Assembly: GCA_963849325.1 (NCBI GenBank)
Contig: CAWKHF010000005.1
Span: 32,001 to 96,000, forward strand
Direction: 5' to 3'
Length of the DNA stretch: 64,000 nucleotides
DNA from: an uncultured Planctomycetota bacterium
GTDB taxonomy: Bacteria; Planctomycetota; Planctomycetia; Gemmatales; Gemmataceae
Shown here: positions 33,798-43,784 of the stretch, piece by piece
How positions within the stretch are numbered: the stretch's first letter is position 1
How the letters are laid out: each line of letters begins with the position of its first letter
Program-made: the position numbers and the translations under genes
The notes under the pieces: generated by a model
What the model was told of the DNA's origin: nothing
Seen by the model: only the letters and a program-made list of their open reading frames with translations
Database searches by the model: none

Positions 33798-34811
33798 ATG
33801 TCCACCACTCTACCACTGTTCGTCGGACTGGACTACTCCCAACACGCCGTCCAACTGTGCGTCTTGGACCCCACGGGTCAGGTCTTGTGTAACCGCGCCG
33901 TGCCTGACTCCGCCGACGCCATCGATCAGGCCGTCCGGCGATTCGGTGCCGTCCGCGGCGCCGCCCTGGAAGCCTGCACCGGAGCCGCCAACCTCGCCGA
34001 AGAACTCGCCGACCGCTACGCCTGGCCCGTCCACCTCGCCCACCCCGGATTCGTCAGCCGCATGAAGCAGTCGCCCGACAAAACCGACTTCTCCGACGCC
34101 CGCGTCCTGGCCGACCTCGAACGGGTCGGCTACCTACCCCGCGTCTGGATTGCACCCCAGCAGCTCCGTGAACTCCGTACCCTGGTCCGCGACCGCCAAC
34201 AACTGGCCGCCCAGCGACGCAATCTCAAGCTCCAGATCGGTGCCCTGCTACGGGAACACCGCCTACGCTGTAGCCACAACCGCTGGACGCGGGCCTGGCA
34301 CGCCTGGCTGGAGCATCAAGCTCAACTGCCCGAACAAGCACGCTGGGTCATGCAACAACGCCTGCGTCGGCTGGCCTGGATCGTCCAGGAGATCCGCACC
34401 GTCGAAGAACGTCTCCAACAAGTCACCGCTGTGGACGGCACCGTAACTTGGCTGCGGACGATCAAGGGCATTGGTCCGGTCACCGCCTGGACGTTGCGGG
34501 CCGAGATCGGTCGCTTCGACCGTTTCCGAACCGGCAAGCAGTTGGCGCGGTACTGCGGCCTGACGCCGTGCAACCGCTCCTCGGGCGTGCGTGAGGCCGA
34601 CGCCGGTTTGATCCGGGCGGCCAATCCCGAACTGCGTCGCGTGCTCATCGAGGCGGCCTGGCTGTTGGCTCGTCTGCAGCCGCGTTGGCGGCAACTGGCC
34701 GAGCGTCTGAAGGCACGGGGCAAACCGAGTACGGTGGTGATAGCGGCCGTGGCCAACCGCTTCGTGCGTTGGTTGTACCACGAAGGAGTCCGCCAACAGG
34801 CGGCGGCCTGA
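33798..34811 (+). CDS. IS110 family recombinase/transposase
   Basis: FVGLDYS, LEAC, KTDFSDA (DEDD); IKGIG, YCGLTPCNRSSG. Confidence 0.95.
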   Translation: MSTTLPLFVGLDYSQHAVQLCVLDPTGQVLCNRAVPDSADAIDQAVRRFGAVRGAALEACTGAANLAEELADRYAWPVHLAHPGFVSRMKQSPDKTDFSDARVLADLERVGYLPRVWIAPQQLRELRTLVRDRQQLAAQRRNLKLQIGALLREHRLRCSHNRWTRAWHAWLEHQAQLPEQARWVMQQRLRRLAWIVQEIRTVEERLQQVTAVDGTVTWLRTIKGIGPVTAWTLRAEIGRFDRFRTGKQLARYCGLTPCNRSSGVREADAGLIRAANPELRRVLIEAAWLLARLQPRWRQLAERLKARGKPSTVVIAAVANRFVRWLYHEGVRQQAAA

Positions 34812-34835
34812 CGGATAGTGACAAGGCGTTGTCAT

Positions 34836-34990
34836 TGTCGGGGAAGTTCCTGAGCGGTTGCGGGTGTGCTCGGCCGGCTGCTGGGGTTTAATCCTCGCGC
34901 TCAGATGGGGCAGCCCGCAACCTTTCTTCGCATCCCATTTGGGCAGGGTCTTGAACCCACGCTCGGATAAGAAGCATGGGAGCCCCGACA
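34836..34990 (+). ncRNA. candidate bridge/seek RNA
   Basis: Outer stem TGTCGGGG/CCCCGACA; inner stem GGTTGCGGG/CCCGCAACC enclosing two junction-matching segments. Confidence 0.75.
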
Positions 34991-35427
34991 GCGTTGGCGT
35001 CCTGCCGAAGATTTCGCCGCCTCCGTGCGGCGACCAGGGGCGCTGATTGCCGCCCCCTGGACCCCCGGCTAGCCTCTCTCTGTTCCGGGAGGAAGAGAGG
35101 AGACTAACGCCGAGAAAAGGTGATTTTCCTCTTGACGAGTGGCCTGGCATCATAGAAGCAGCCGGCTCACGCGGAATTGGCGTTATGACTCGGAGAGCCG
35201 CCTATCGCGTGGCCGGTCTGCTGCAGCGCCTGGTTCGCATCCTCGCAGGGTTCCCCTGCACCACAATGCCAGGAACTTGGGGCGAGACTCGCTTATCCTA
35301 CCTCCGGTGTCCGGTGTCGATGTCCGACATGCTTCTGGTGCTGAGAGGCTTTGCGCTCCGCCCGCTGGTTCGACTGGACCGGGGAGCGATTTTCGGCCCA
35401 CTCGTTTGGTGACGACCGCCTACGGCC

Positions 35428-37180
35428 TTCGACGCCGTCGCGGTCGATCCCGTTGGGACGGCTGGTGCCCGTGCCGACTCCCCCACCGGACACCCTGGTT
35501 CCCCAATCCCCCTATTGTGGAGGCTCCCGTGTCCGACTGCAAGACCCCACCACGCGACGCCCGTAAACCGCAAACGCCATCGGTGGCCGCGACCGCCAAC
35601 GAACTACGCCGCGCCGCCCGCCACGCTGAAAAGACCCGACGTGACGCCCAGGAGTGCGCCAAGCTGGTCTCGATGCCGGTGCAGCATGCTCACGCCGCCG
35701 GCATCGACGCTGGCGACGTCAGCCACTGGGCCTGCGTCGAATCCACCCCCGACGACAGCGACGCCGTCCGCGAGTTCCCCGCTCATACCGCCGGGCTGCG
35801 GCAATTGGTCGCCTGGCTACGCCAATGCGGCGTCACCACCGTGGCCGTGGAGGCCACCGGCGTCTACGCCCACGTCCTGTTTTTGACTCTGCTGGAAGCC
35901 GGCTTCGTGGTGGTGATGACCGCACCGCAGTTTGCCCGCCAGATCAAGGGCCGGCCCAAGACCGACAAGCGTGACTGCCAGTGGATTCAACGCCTGCACA
36001 AGCACGGCCTGTTGCCGGCCATCTTCCAGCCCGACGAGGCCACCCAGACCCTGCGCGACTACGTCCGCCAACGCGCCAACCTGGTCCGCCTGTCCGGCCA
36101 GCACATCCAGAGGATGCAGAAGGCGCTGCAACTGATGAACCTCAAGCTGACCGGCGTGCTGGGCGACGTCACCGGCGTAACGGGGCTAAAGATCATCCGG
36201 GCCATCCTCGCCGGCCAACGCGACCCGCAGCAACTGGCCAGGCTGCGCGACCGCCGCTGCCGGCACAGCGTTGCGGACATCGCCCAGGCGTTGGATGGCC
36301 GCTATCGCCCCGAGCATATAACCGAGCTGCGCTGTTGCCTGACCTTGTGGGAGAAGTATCAGGAGGTGATCGGTGAGCTGGACGAAGCCATCGACGCCCA
36401 CCTGCGGAGCATGCGTCGGCAGACCGCGTTGCCCCCACTGCCGCCCAAGCCCCGCATGCGTGGCCGCAAGCCGCACGACCCACGCTTTGACGTGCGCCAG
36501 GCGTTGTACTTGGCCACGGGCGTAGACCTGACGGCGATCGAAGGCATTGACGAGGTGCATGCGTTGACGTTGGTCAGTGAGCTGGGTTGGGACTTCACGA
36601 AATGGCCGACGGTCAAGCAGTTCACCTGCTGGCTGGGGCTGTGCCCCAACTGGCACAAGACCGGGGGTAAGGTGCAAGTCCAGCGCGACGCGTAAGGGCA
36701 AGGGGCGTGCGGCGCGGACGTTGTGTTTGGCGGCCTGGAGTCTGATGCGGAGCAAGAGCTATTTGGGAGCCTATCTGCGTCGTCAGCGTTCGCGTCTGGG
36801 TGCGCCCAAGGCGATCACGGCGACGGCGCACAAGCTGGCGCGGATCGTGTACCACTTGGTGCGTTACGGCATGGCCTACGTCAAGCAAACGGAGGCGGTC
36901 TACGCCGAGCAGGTGCGGGCGCGTCTGGAGAAGCAGTTGCGTCGTCGTGCGATGGAGCTGGGCTTCGAGCTGCGGAAGGTGGAGGCGCCGCCGATGCCGG
37001 CGGTGACCTAGATTCGCGTTGGCGTTGGCAGTCATTGACAGTGAGGTGAGACGGAAACAGCGGAGAGGACAAGGGCGAAGGGCGGAAGGGAGCGGAGACG
37101 GTGCGCGCCGGCGGAGGCCCATCGCAGCAGGGAGCTACGTCACCGTCGCGTCACCTTCCGAGGAAGTTCCTGGGGCGGCC
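35428..37180 (+). mobile_element. second IS110 family element (ends tentative)
   Basis: CGGCC at 35423-27 and 37176-80; removal leaves palindrome TACGGCCGTA. Confidence 0.5.
35530..37011 (+). CDS. IS110 family transposase, frameshift near 36675
   Basis: HAAGID, VEATGVY, KTDKRDCQWI, WLGLCP, KAITATAHKLARIVY. Confidence 0.92.
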
Positions 37181-37344
37181 GTATTCTCTGACCCGGCAAG
37201 CCATTACGGCCTGAAGAGACCGCGAACCTCTCTCTTGAGCTGCGCTGCCTTTCCCTCATACTTGGAGTACGAATACAACCAACCTTTGTATTCTCCGAAA
37301 CTAATCCGGCCCTCCTCCTCGTCAACGTCGAGAGGATTCATAGA

Positions 37345-38673
37345 CTCAGTAGTTTCCGGTGAGTGTGAATTATGATACCATTCCCCAACTCATTCATACA
37401 TCCGATGTTCCGTGGCGATTTCATCGTGGATTCCCAAATGGGCTTCGGCCCAGTGTTGCAACCACACCAGCATCTTGCGAAAGCTCAAACGCCCCAGGTC
37501 GATCCGCCGACCGCCTCGCTGACGACGCGCCAACACCTGCCCATGCAACCACACCCAGACGTTGCGCAAGAGCAACGCCACCCCCACGTACAACAAACGC
37601 AGCAGCGGATCGCGCGTACACGTCCGAATCCGCGCCTGGTGCATCTGACGGTAACTCGTCTCGATGGCGAACCGACTCCGGTACGTCTCCTTCACCCACG
37701 TATACGACGACGGACGCAACGGCCCACCGAAGGCATAGACCAACGCCTCACGACCATGCCGTCCACGCTCGCCCCGCCGGTTGCGGCACTTCACGCACAC
37801 CGCGAACCGCGCCCGACGTTTGCTGGCATTGGTCATGGTGTACTGCCCCCAACCGCTCCGCTTGCACCCGGCGAAGACTCGGCTGCCCGAAGGCCCCTTG
37901 GGGTGGTCAGCCTTGCGGCCCCGCAACACCAACGGCATCAGCCACGCGTAGCGGGCGCTTTGCAAGTAGCGGATGACGTCCACGCTGCAAAACCCCCGAT
38001 CCAGCAGCAGATAACGCGGTCGGACACCGCCCTGGGCCGCTTGCCGCAACAGGCGTTGCAGCACGACGGGTAAGGCATCGTGGCGGTTCACCGTCGTCAG
38101 GGCAACCGTGAAGCGTCGTCCTTTGCGGAGGACGTAGGCGGTGGCGTAGGCGTGGAAGTGGCTGGTGCCACTCTTGGCCTGGCCGCGATAGATCTCGTCG
38201 GGTTGGTGCAAGGGTTTGCCGTGGTAAGGCAGCAGGGTGAGGTCAATGGCCAGGGGTTGGCGATGGCGACGTAAGGCGTGGGGCAGGTCGCCTTGCAGGG
38301 CGCGGTTGAGCCGGCGTTGTAATTCGGCGTAGGTGGGCAGGGTGGCCAGCAAGGCATCGTGGGCGGCGCTGTCGGAGGGAGCATCGCGGAGGGTGGCGCA
38401 GGCAGCGGCCAGGGAGATGATGCGGCTGGCGGCATAGAAGAGGACGGTCCACAGGGTATCGGTGGTGCATTTGCGGCCGTGGTCTGGCAGGCGGAGATGC
38501 TTTTGGATGCGCCAGGCGGCGTGGGCCTGGACGTGGGCGGGGGTGAGGGTATACTGCCGAGGTCGCATGGCTTCCTCCTGAAATGTCCTTGGTAGCACAA
38601 GTCATTATCAGGAGGAGCCTTGCGATTGCCCTCTACACCTTTTGTCGTTCCGCCCGAACCGGAAACTACTGAG
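37345..38673 (-). mobile_element. ISH3-like (IS4-related) insertion sequence
   Basis: Perfect 16-bp TIR CTCAGTAGTTTCCGGT at 37345-37360 and 38658-38673; no clean TSD. Confidence 0.88.
37390..38568 (-). CDS. DDE transposase, ISH3-like
   Basis: AIDLTLLPYHG, LLLDRGF, YRSRFAIETSYR. Confidence 0.9.
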   Translation of the reverse strand: MRPRQYTLTPAHVQAHAAWRIQKHLRLPDHGRKCTTDTLWTVLFYAASRIISLAAACATLRDAPSDSAAHDALLATLPTYAELQRRLNRALQGDLPHALRRHRQPLAIDLTLLPYHGKPLHQPDEIYRGQAKSGTSHFHAYATAYVLRKGRRFTVALTTVNRHDALPVVLQRLLRQAAQGGVRPRYLLLDRGFCSVDVIRYLQSARYAWLMPLVLRGRKADHPKGPSGSRVFAGCKRSGWGQYTMTNASKRRARFAVCVKCRNRRGERGRHGREALVYAFGGPLRPSSYTWVKETYRSRFAIETSYRQMHQARIRTCTRDPLLRLLYVGVALLLRNVWVWLHGQVLARRQRGGRRIDLGRLSFRKMLVWLQHWAEAHLGIHDEIATEHRMYE

Positions 38674-38868
38674 GCTAGATGTCGAACGGTGTCGATCCAG
38701 TTTATCGGGTCGAGGTCGAACTCAAGGTTAAAGAATCCGAATAGGTCGCGCAACGCCACTTTCCCCAAACTGCGTGGCCGTGATTGGTCTGGCATACGAG
38801 TAGTTCCTCGTTGAGCGAGAGGTCAGCATCAGGTTCAGCCGCTCTCACGTCATGGGCAGCCCTCCGTG

Positions 38869-38887
38869 GCCGAACAAGTGATTAGGG
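38869..38887 (-). other. attI site
   Basis: CCCTAAT-CACTT-GTTCGGC, same layout as attI1 CCCTAAA-ACAAA-GTTRRRY; upstream of and divergent from intI. Confidence 0.7.
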
Positions 38888-39165
38888 TGCGCGCGTGCCC
38901 TAATTCGGAACCCTTGTGCCAGGGGTATTCGGCGCAAAGGATTTCCCTGGCAAGGGTCGCCGCATTTACCACCGCCGTTATCTCAATATTAGGGTGTGCG
39001 CCTAAGCAGGTGCTTAGGGCGCGCACGCCCTAAGCCGGATTGAAACCCCACGGTGTCTCGCCGTCAAGCGAAATCTTAACCCGTGCCGTTTTTTTTCTTT
39101 CCTCCGTGTCTATCCAGGCGTACACTCCTTCTTCAGGACGCATTTTCCACTTTGCGGAGTGTCTC

Positions 39166-39630
39166 ATGTCCACACCTCCTTCCCCTCCTCGACTCCTCGA
39201 TCTCGTCCGTCCGGTCGCCCAGACACGCTTCGGCCAGGACGGACCTGGAGAACGCTACGCTTGTTGGACGCGCTGCCTGATTCTCTTTCACGACAAACGT
39301 CATCCCCGCGACCTGTCGCCCGGCGACGTGGGGCGTTTCCTCGAACACGTCGCGCAGACCGAAAAAGATGCCTTGAATGCTCTGGAAGAAGCCCATACCG
39401 CCCTGACCTTTCTCTACCGCGACGTTCTCGGCCTGGCCATCGGCGAACTGCCCTGCCCCGAGCCGCCGCGTTTGCTCGATCGCCTCCGCCGCGCTTGCCG
39501 CGTTCGTCAATACTCGCCCCGTACCGAAGACTGTTACACCGAGTGGGCCACGCGCTTCATCCGCTTTCACGGCCTGCGTCATTCCAACACGCTCACCGTC
39601 CGTCACGGCAAGGGCGCGGGGTCAGGTTAA
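39166..39630 (+). pseudogene. intI: integron integrase remnant
   Basis: PRLLD..W..FHDKRHP, then PRLLD..RQYSPRTEDCYTEW..FIRFHGLRH, fused to LTVRHGKG and stop; catalytic boxes absent. Confidence 0.82.
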
Positions 39631-39646
39631 ATTCTCTCGAAAAGAC

Positions 39647-39736
39647 GGAAAACCACGAATCACACGAATGAAAGAAAAGGCAACATTTCTCGGGGGTTAT
39701 TTTTATTCGTGTTATTCGTGTTATTCGTGGTTTTCC
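39647..39736. repeat. inverted repeat with 9-nt subrepeats
   Basis: AACCACGAATCACACGAAT..ATTCGTGTTATTCGTGTTATTCGTGGTT. Confidence 0.8.
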
Positions 39737-39754
39737 TCTTTATTGTGGTGGTTC

Positions 39755-41066
39755 TTAACTTCCCTTCAGCGAATTGAACACCAACCCACTGAGCAATTTC
39801 GGATAGAAATACGTCGATTTGGGCGGCATCTTCTCCAGGTTGCCGGCGATCTGCTCGACGTGGTGCATCGTGGCCGGCGGCACCAGCACGGCCAACTTAC
39901 AATCCTTCCGCACCACCGCGTCCGTCACCTCGCGCAGCAGATGCACGTACTTGCATTCGGGCTTGCCGCCAACCGTCTGCGGCAGCAGATGGTCGAGCAC
40001 GGCGACGTGCAGAACGCTGACGGCCAGGCCGCGCCAGGCGGCGCTGTGGTCGGCGGCGTGCTCGGCCATCAGCTGCCGGCGTGCGGAACCGCGCCGTCTG
40101 CCAGACGCCGTCGGCCACGGTGCCGAAGCCGAGCAGCTCCTGCGAGCCGTCCGCCTCGATCAACTCCCAGGTATCGCGGGCGCCCTGCTCGCCCTGACCG
40201 ACGCGCTCAAGCTGGAAGTGCTGGCCGAGGATCGCGGCCAGGCGGTCGGCGGTCACGTCGGGGAGGCCGGAGACGAGGCGGTGCGTCGGCAGGATGATGA
40301 GGCCGGGATCGCTCATGCTGACGAGCATCATCAGGATGAAATTCGCCGCGGCCTCGTCGTCGCGGACCTCGCCGGCGGCGCGGCGCTCTTCGAGGTAACG
40401 CAGGCCGGTCTCGTAGCGGTGATGGCCGTCGGCGATGAAGACCGGCTTGGGACCGAGCAGGCCGGTGACGGCGCTGACGACGTGCTGGTCGGTCACCGGC
40501 CAGAGACGGCTGACGACGCCGAGGTGGTCGGTCGCTTGCAGCGGCAGGCTGCGCGAGACCAGGGCGTCGAGGTGCTGGATGACCTCGTCGCCGGGGTCGG
40601 GGTAGAGGCCGAAGACCGGGCTGAGGTTCATGCCGGTGGCGTGGAACAGCCGTAAGCGGTCGGCCTTGGGGCCGGCCAGCGTCTCCTCGTGCGGATAGAT
40701 GCGGCCGGTGCCGAACGGCTCCAGGCGAACGCGGGCCAAGAAGCCGCGGCGCGTGTAGCGGCGGCCCTCGACCTCGAAGTCCTGGTAGTAGACGTACAGG
40801 CCGCGGGCCGAATCTTGCACGAGAATGTCGTCGCGCTGCCAGTCGCGCAGGAAGCGGGCGGCGCGGCTGTAGCGGTTGTCCGTCTCGTTGTCGCCTGGCT
40901 CCTCCTTGTTGAGGATGAGGCGGATGACGTTGTAGGGGTTTTGGTCGTAGAGGGCTTGCTGCAGGGCCGGGTCGATGACGTCGTAGGGCGGGGCGATGAC
41001 GTCGCTGAGGGCGCCGACGCGGCCCAGGTCGTAGCGGAAGGCGCGGAACGCACGAACGTCGGCCAT
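39755..41066 (-). CDS. DUF1015 family protein, frameshift near 40075
   Basis: APPYDVI, IYPHEET, IADGHHRYET, MPPKSTYFYPKLLSGLV. Confidence 0.9.
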
Positions 41067-41079
41067 ACATTCTCTCCGA

Positions 41080-41215
41080 TTCACCACCCAGACACAAAGA
41101 ACCCAAAGCCGGCAATGAAGTGAGTATATAAAAGAGGATGGCAACGACGGCGCCTCGATCCCATGCGCCCGCGCGATGGGTTCTTCCTTTGTGTTCTTTG
41201 TGCCTTGGTGGTGAA
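41080..41215. repeat. inverted repeat with 9-nt subrepeats
   Basis: TTCACCACCCAGACACAAAGAACCCAAAG..CTTTGTGTTCTTTGTGCCTTGGTGGTGAA. Confidence 0.75.
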
Positions 41216-41220
41216 CGCTT

Positions 41221-41915
41221 ATGAGCGTGGATGCACTGGCCGAACGGCTGGCCGCCGTGGAAGATCGGCTCGGCGCCGCCTGCCGCCGGGCCGGCCGAGC
41301 GCGCAACGAGGTCACGCTCATCGCCGTGACCAAGACCGTCTCCGCCGACGTCGTCGCCCTGCTGCCGGGCCTGGGCGTCCACGATCTCGGCGAAAGCCGG
41401 CCGCAGGAGCTATGGCACAAGGCCGCCGTTGCCGCGGCGTCCGCTGGCACCTCATCGGCCACTTGCAGCGCAACAAGATCGAGCGCACCCTGCCGCTGGT
41501 GTCGCGCATTCATTCGGTGGACAGCCTGCGCTTGCTCGGCGCCCTGGAGACGATGGCGGAGAACCTGGCGCCAGTCCAACCTCTACCCGTGCTTCTGGAA
41601 ATCAACGTCAGCCGCGAGGCGAGCAAGCACGGCTTCGCACCGGAAGAGGTGGACGGCCTGGCCGCCGCCGTGGCGGCGTTGAAACACGTCCGCGTGGACG
41701 GACTGATGACGATGGCGGCCTACGAGGAGGACGCGGAGCGGACGCGGCCGACGTTCGCGGCCTTGCGGGAGCTGCGCGATCGGCTGTCGGCGACGCTGCG
41801 CCGGCCGCTGCCGCACCTGTCGATGGGCATGAGCAACGATTTCGAGGTCGCCGTCGAGGAAGGGGCGACGATGGTGCGCCTGGGCACGGTGCTGTTCGAG
41901 GGGATTGGCCCATGA
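41221..41915 (+). CDS. yggS: YggS PLP-binding protein, frameshift near 41440
   Basis: LIAVTKT, WHLIGHLQRNK, GLMTM, LSMGMSNDF. Confidence 0.92.
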
Positions 41916-41938
41916 TCGCGGTCAATGAAGAAAAAATG

Positions 41939-42058
41939 AACCACGGATAACACGGATAACACGGATAAAAAAGACAAAAAATATTGAATGAGATGGAGTT
42001 ATTTGGCTATTCTTTCGTTTGTTATATTTCATCCGTTTTATCCGTGTAATCCGTGGTT
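41939..42058. repeat. inverted repeat with 9-nt subrepeats
   Basis: AACCACGGATAACACGGATAACACGGAT..ATCCGTTTTATCCGTGTAATCCGTGGTT. Confidence 0.8.
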
Positions 42059-42097
42059 TTTCTTTTTTCTCTCTGTGTCCACCTCCCTGGAGGCATC

Positions 42098-42899
42098 GTG
42101 TCGGAAAAGCAGAGTCCGCAAGTGGGTGAAAAAGCCTGGCTGGCCCTGGTATTGGCGCTGGTCGCCGGCTGTATCGACGCGGTCGGTTACATGGTCCTTC
42201 TGAAGCTGTATACCGCGCACATGAGCGGCAACAGCGTCGGCGCGGCCGTTTACAGCGGCGAAGGCAAGGGAGGCCAAAGCCTTCGAGCGCGCCTTCCCCA
42301 TTCCGGTGTTCGTGCTCGGCGTGGCCGCCGGCGCCACCCTGAGCGAAGCCTTGGCCCGCCGCGGCCTGCGTCGCATCTTCACCGTGGCCGTCACGCTGGA
42401 GGCGGCCTTGCTGCTCGTTTTCCTGCTGTGCGGCGGCTCCGCGTTGCGTGACGGCGCTCTGCCCGAGGAGCCGGCCTGGCGGTTTTACCTGCTCGTCGCC
42501 CTGCCCACCCTGGCGATGGGCGTTCAGAACGCCAGCCTGCGCCGCGTCGGCGGCGTCACCGTGCGCACCACCTACATCAGCGGCATGCTCACCAACTTCG
42601 CCGAGCAGACGGTGCAATACCTGTTCTGGCTGCGCGACCACTGGGCCGAACATCGCGGCCGGCCGGCGGCCCTGCTCCGGCTGTCCCTGGAGCAGCCGCC
42701 GTTCGGTCATTTGTCGCTGCAATTGAGCATTTGGCTGGCCTTCGTCCTGGGTGCGATCCTGGGAGTGGCGGCCACGCTGCGCTGGGGTCTGCTGTCGTTA
42801 GCAGTGCCCATCGCTTGCCTGGGTATCGTCGCTGTCTGCGATATGCTGCGCCCGATTCATCCCCCGCGCCAGGAGGAGTCCAAGCCCGACTGGACGTGA
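42098..42899 (+). CDS. YoaK/DUF1275 membrane protein, frameshift near 42280
   Basis: AGCIDAVGY..AHMSGN; AMGVQNA..TTYISG. Confidence 0.85.
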
Positions 42900-42916
42900 A
42901 GCCGTTCGCCGCGGCG

Positions 42917-43585
42917 CTACTCTTCCTCGAAGGAATCCGTCGGCCGGAAGAAATCGGTATCCGGATGCGGAGGCGGCGTCCCGGTGATGTCGGTCCTGGC
43001 GTCGGCTCGGCGGCGCGGAGCGGCCTCCCGAACGCGCGGCGGACGGAAGGCCGGGGTGTAACGGCGCGTCACGAAAGACAGGACCAACCCGACGGCGAGT
43101 CCGGGGATGGTGCCGAGCAGGCAGCGGTCGGCGCCCAGCAGCACGCCCGCGACGAACGAGCCGAGCAGACCGGCGACGAACACTAGCAGGACCGCCCGCA
43201 TTCCGTGGCGCGTCATCCCGTAGGCCAGCACGCCGAAAAACGCCGCCGCGCCAACGAGGAGCAGGCTGCCCAGCGCCGCCGGCACGAGCAGCTCTCCTAC
43301 TTCACGGCCGCCTAGCCCCAGGAGGGCGCCGCCGACGAGACCGAGCGTTCCCAGAAACAGAACGCCGTCGGCCGCGCCAACGACCGCGCCCTGCGCGACG
43401 GGCGACAGCTCCCGCTCTCCCGTCCGGACGAACGCCTCCACCACCTGCCGACCCAGACGGGTGCCGGCCATGCGTCCGCTCTGCGCGAACAGCGCTCCCG
43501 TCAGCGCGCCGAAGGCACCACCGAGAAGGGATCCCCCACCGGCGCCGCTGACTATCCAAAGGCCGATCCGCAGCCGCTCGTCCAT
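42917..43585 (-). CDS. hypothetical membrane protein
   Basis: GGAGG RBS; several Gly-rich TM segments. Confidence 0.7.
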   Translation of the reverse strand: MDERLRIGLWIVSGAGGGSLLGGAFGALTGALFAQSGRMAGTRLGRQVVEAFVRTGERELSPVAQGAVVGAADGVLFLGTLGLVGGALLGLGGREVGELLVPAALGSLLLVGAAAFFGVLAYGMTRHGMRAVLLVFVAGLLGSFVAGVLLGADRCLLGTIPGLAVGLVLSFVTRRYTPAFRPPRVREAAPRRRADARTDITGTPPPHPDTDFFRPTDSFEEE

Positions 43586-43784
43586 GTCCCATCCTCCGCG
43601 GGGATTGTACCGGATGTGCCGTTCGGGACGAACACGAGCATGGCCGTCCGCCGGGAGAGATGAAAGATATTTTATCCAGCGCTCATGCTTGCTTCAGCCG
43701 GCTCGGGTATGCTGCGGGGCATACGGTGACGGCCCGTCAGGGTGACGGCTGCCGTCGAATGCGGTCCCCAATCAGGAGAGCACG

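Larger units (their letters stand above)
33706..35158 (+). mobile_element. IS110 family, IS1111-type element
   Basis: AG core at 33704-5 and 35157-8; subterminal IR ATGATGCCRGG at 33712-33722 and 35143-35153; TTGACG at 35132. Confidence 0.9.
33688..35239 (-). other. attC split by IS1111-type element
   Basis: TGCGAAC-CAGGC-GCTGCAGC..GCCGGCTGCT | IS | GAGC-TTGGT-GTTAGCC. Confidence 0.88.
37204..38795 (-). pseudogene. first cassette gene interrupted by ISH3-like element
   Basis: MPDQ..IDTVRHLA (38795-38674) and MNPLDVDEEEGRISFGEYKG..GLFRP* (37341-37204) rejoin in frame if 2 bp at 37343-44 are removed. Confidence 0.6.

Noticed and set aside
35132-35158. Circle-junction promoter of the IS1111 element
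   Set aside because: TTGACG is good, but the junction -10 (GAAGAT) matches only 3/6; left uncalled
38881-39034. TTAGGG as telomeric repeat
   Set aside because: Isolated inverted copies in a bacterial attI context, not tandem
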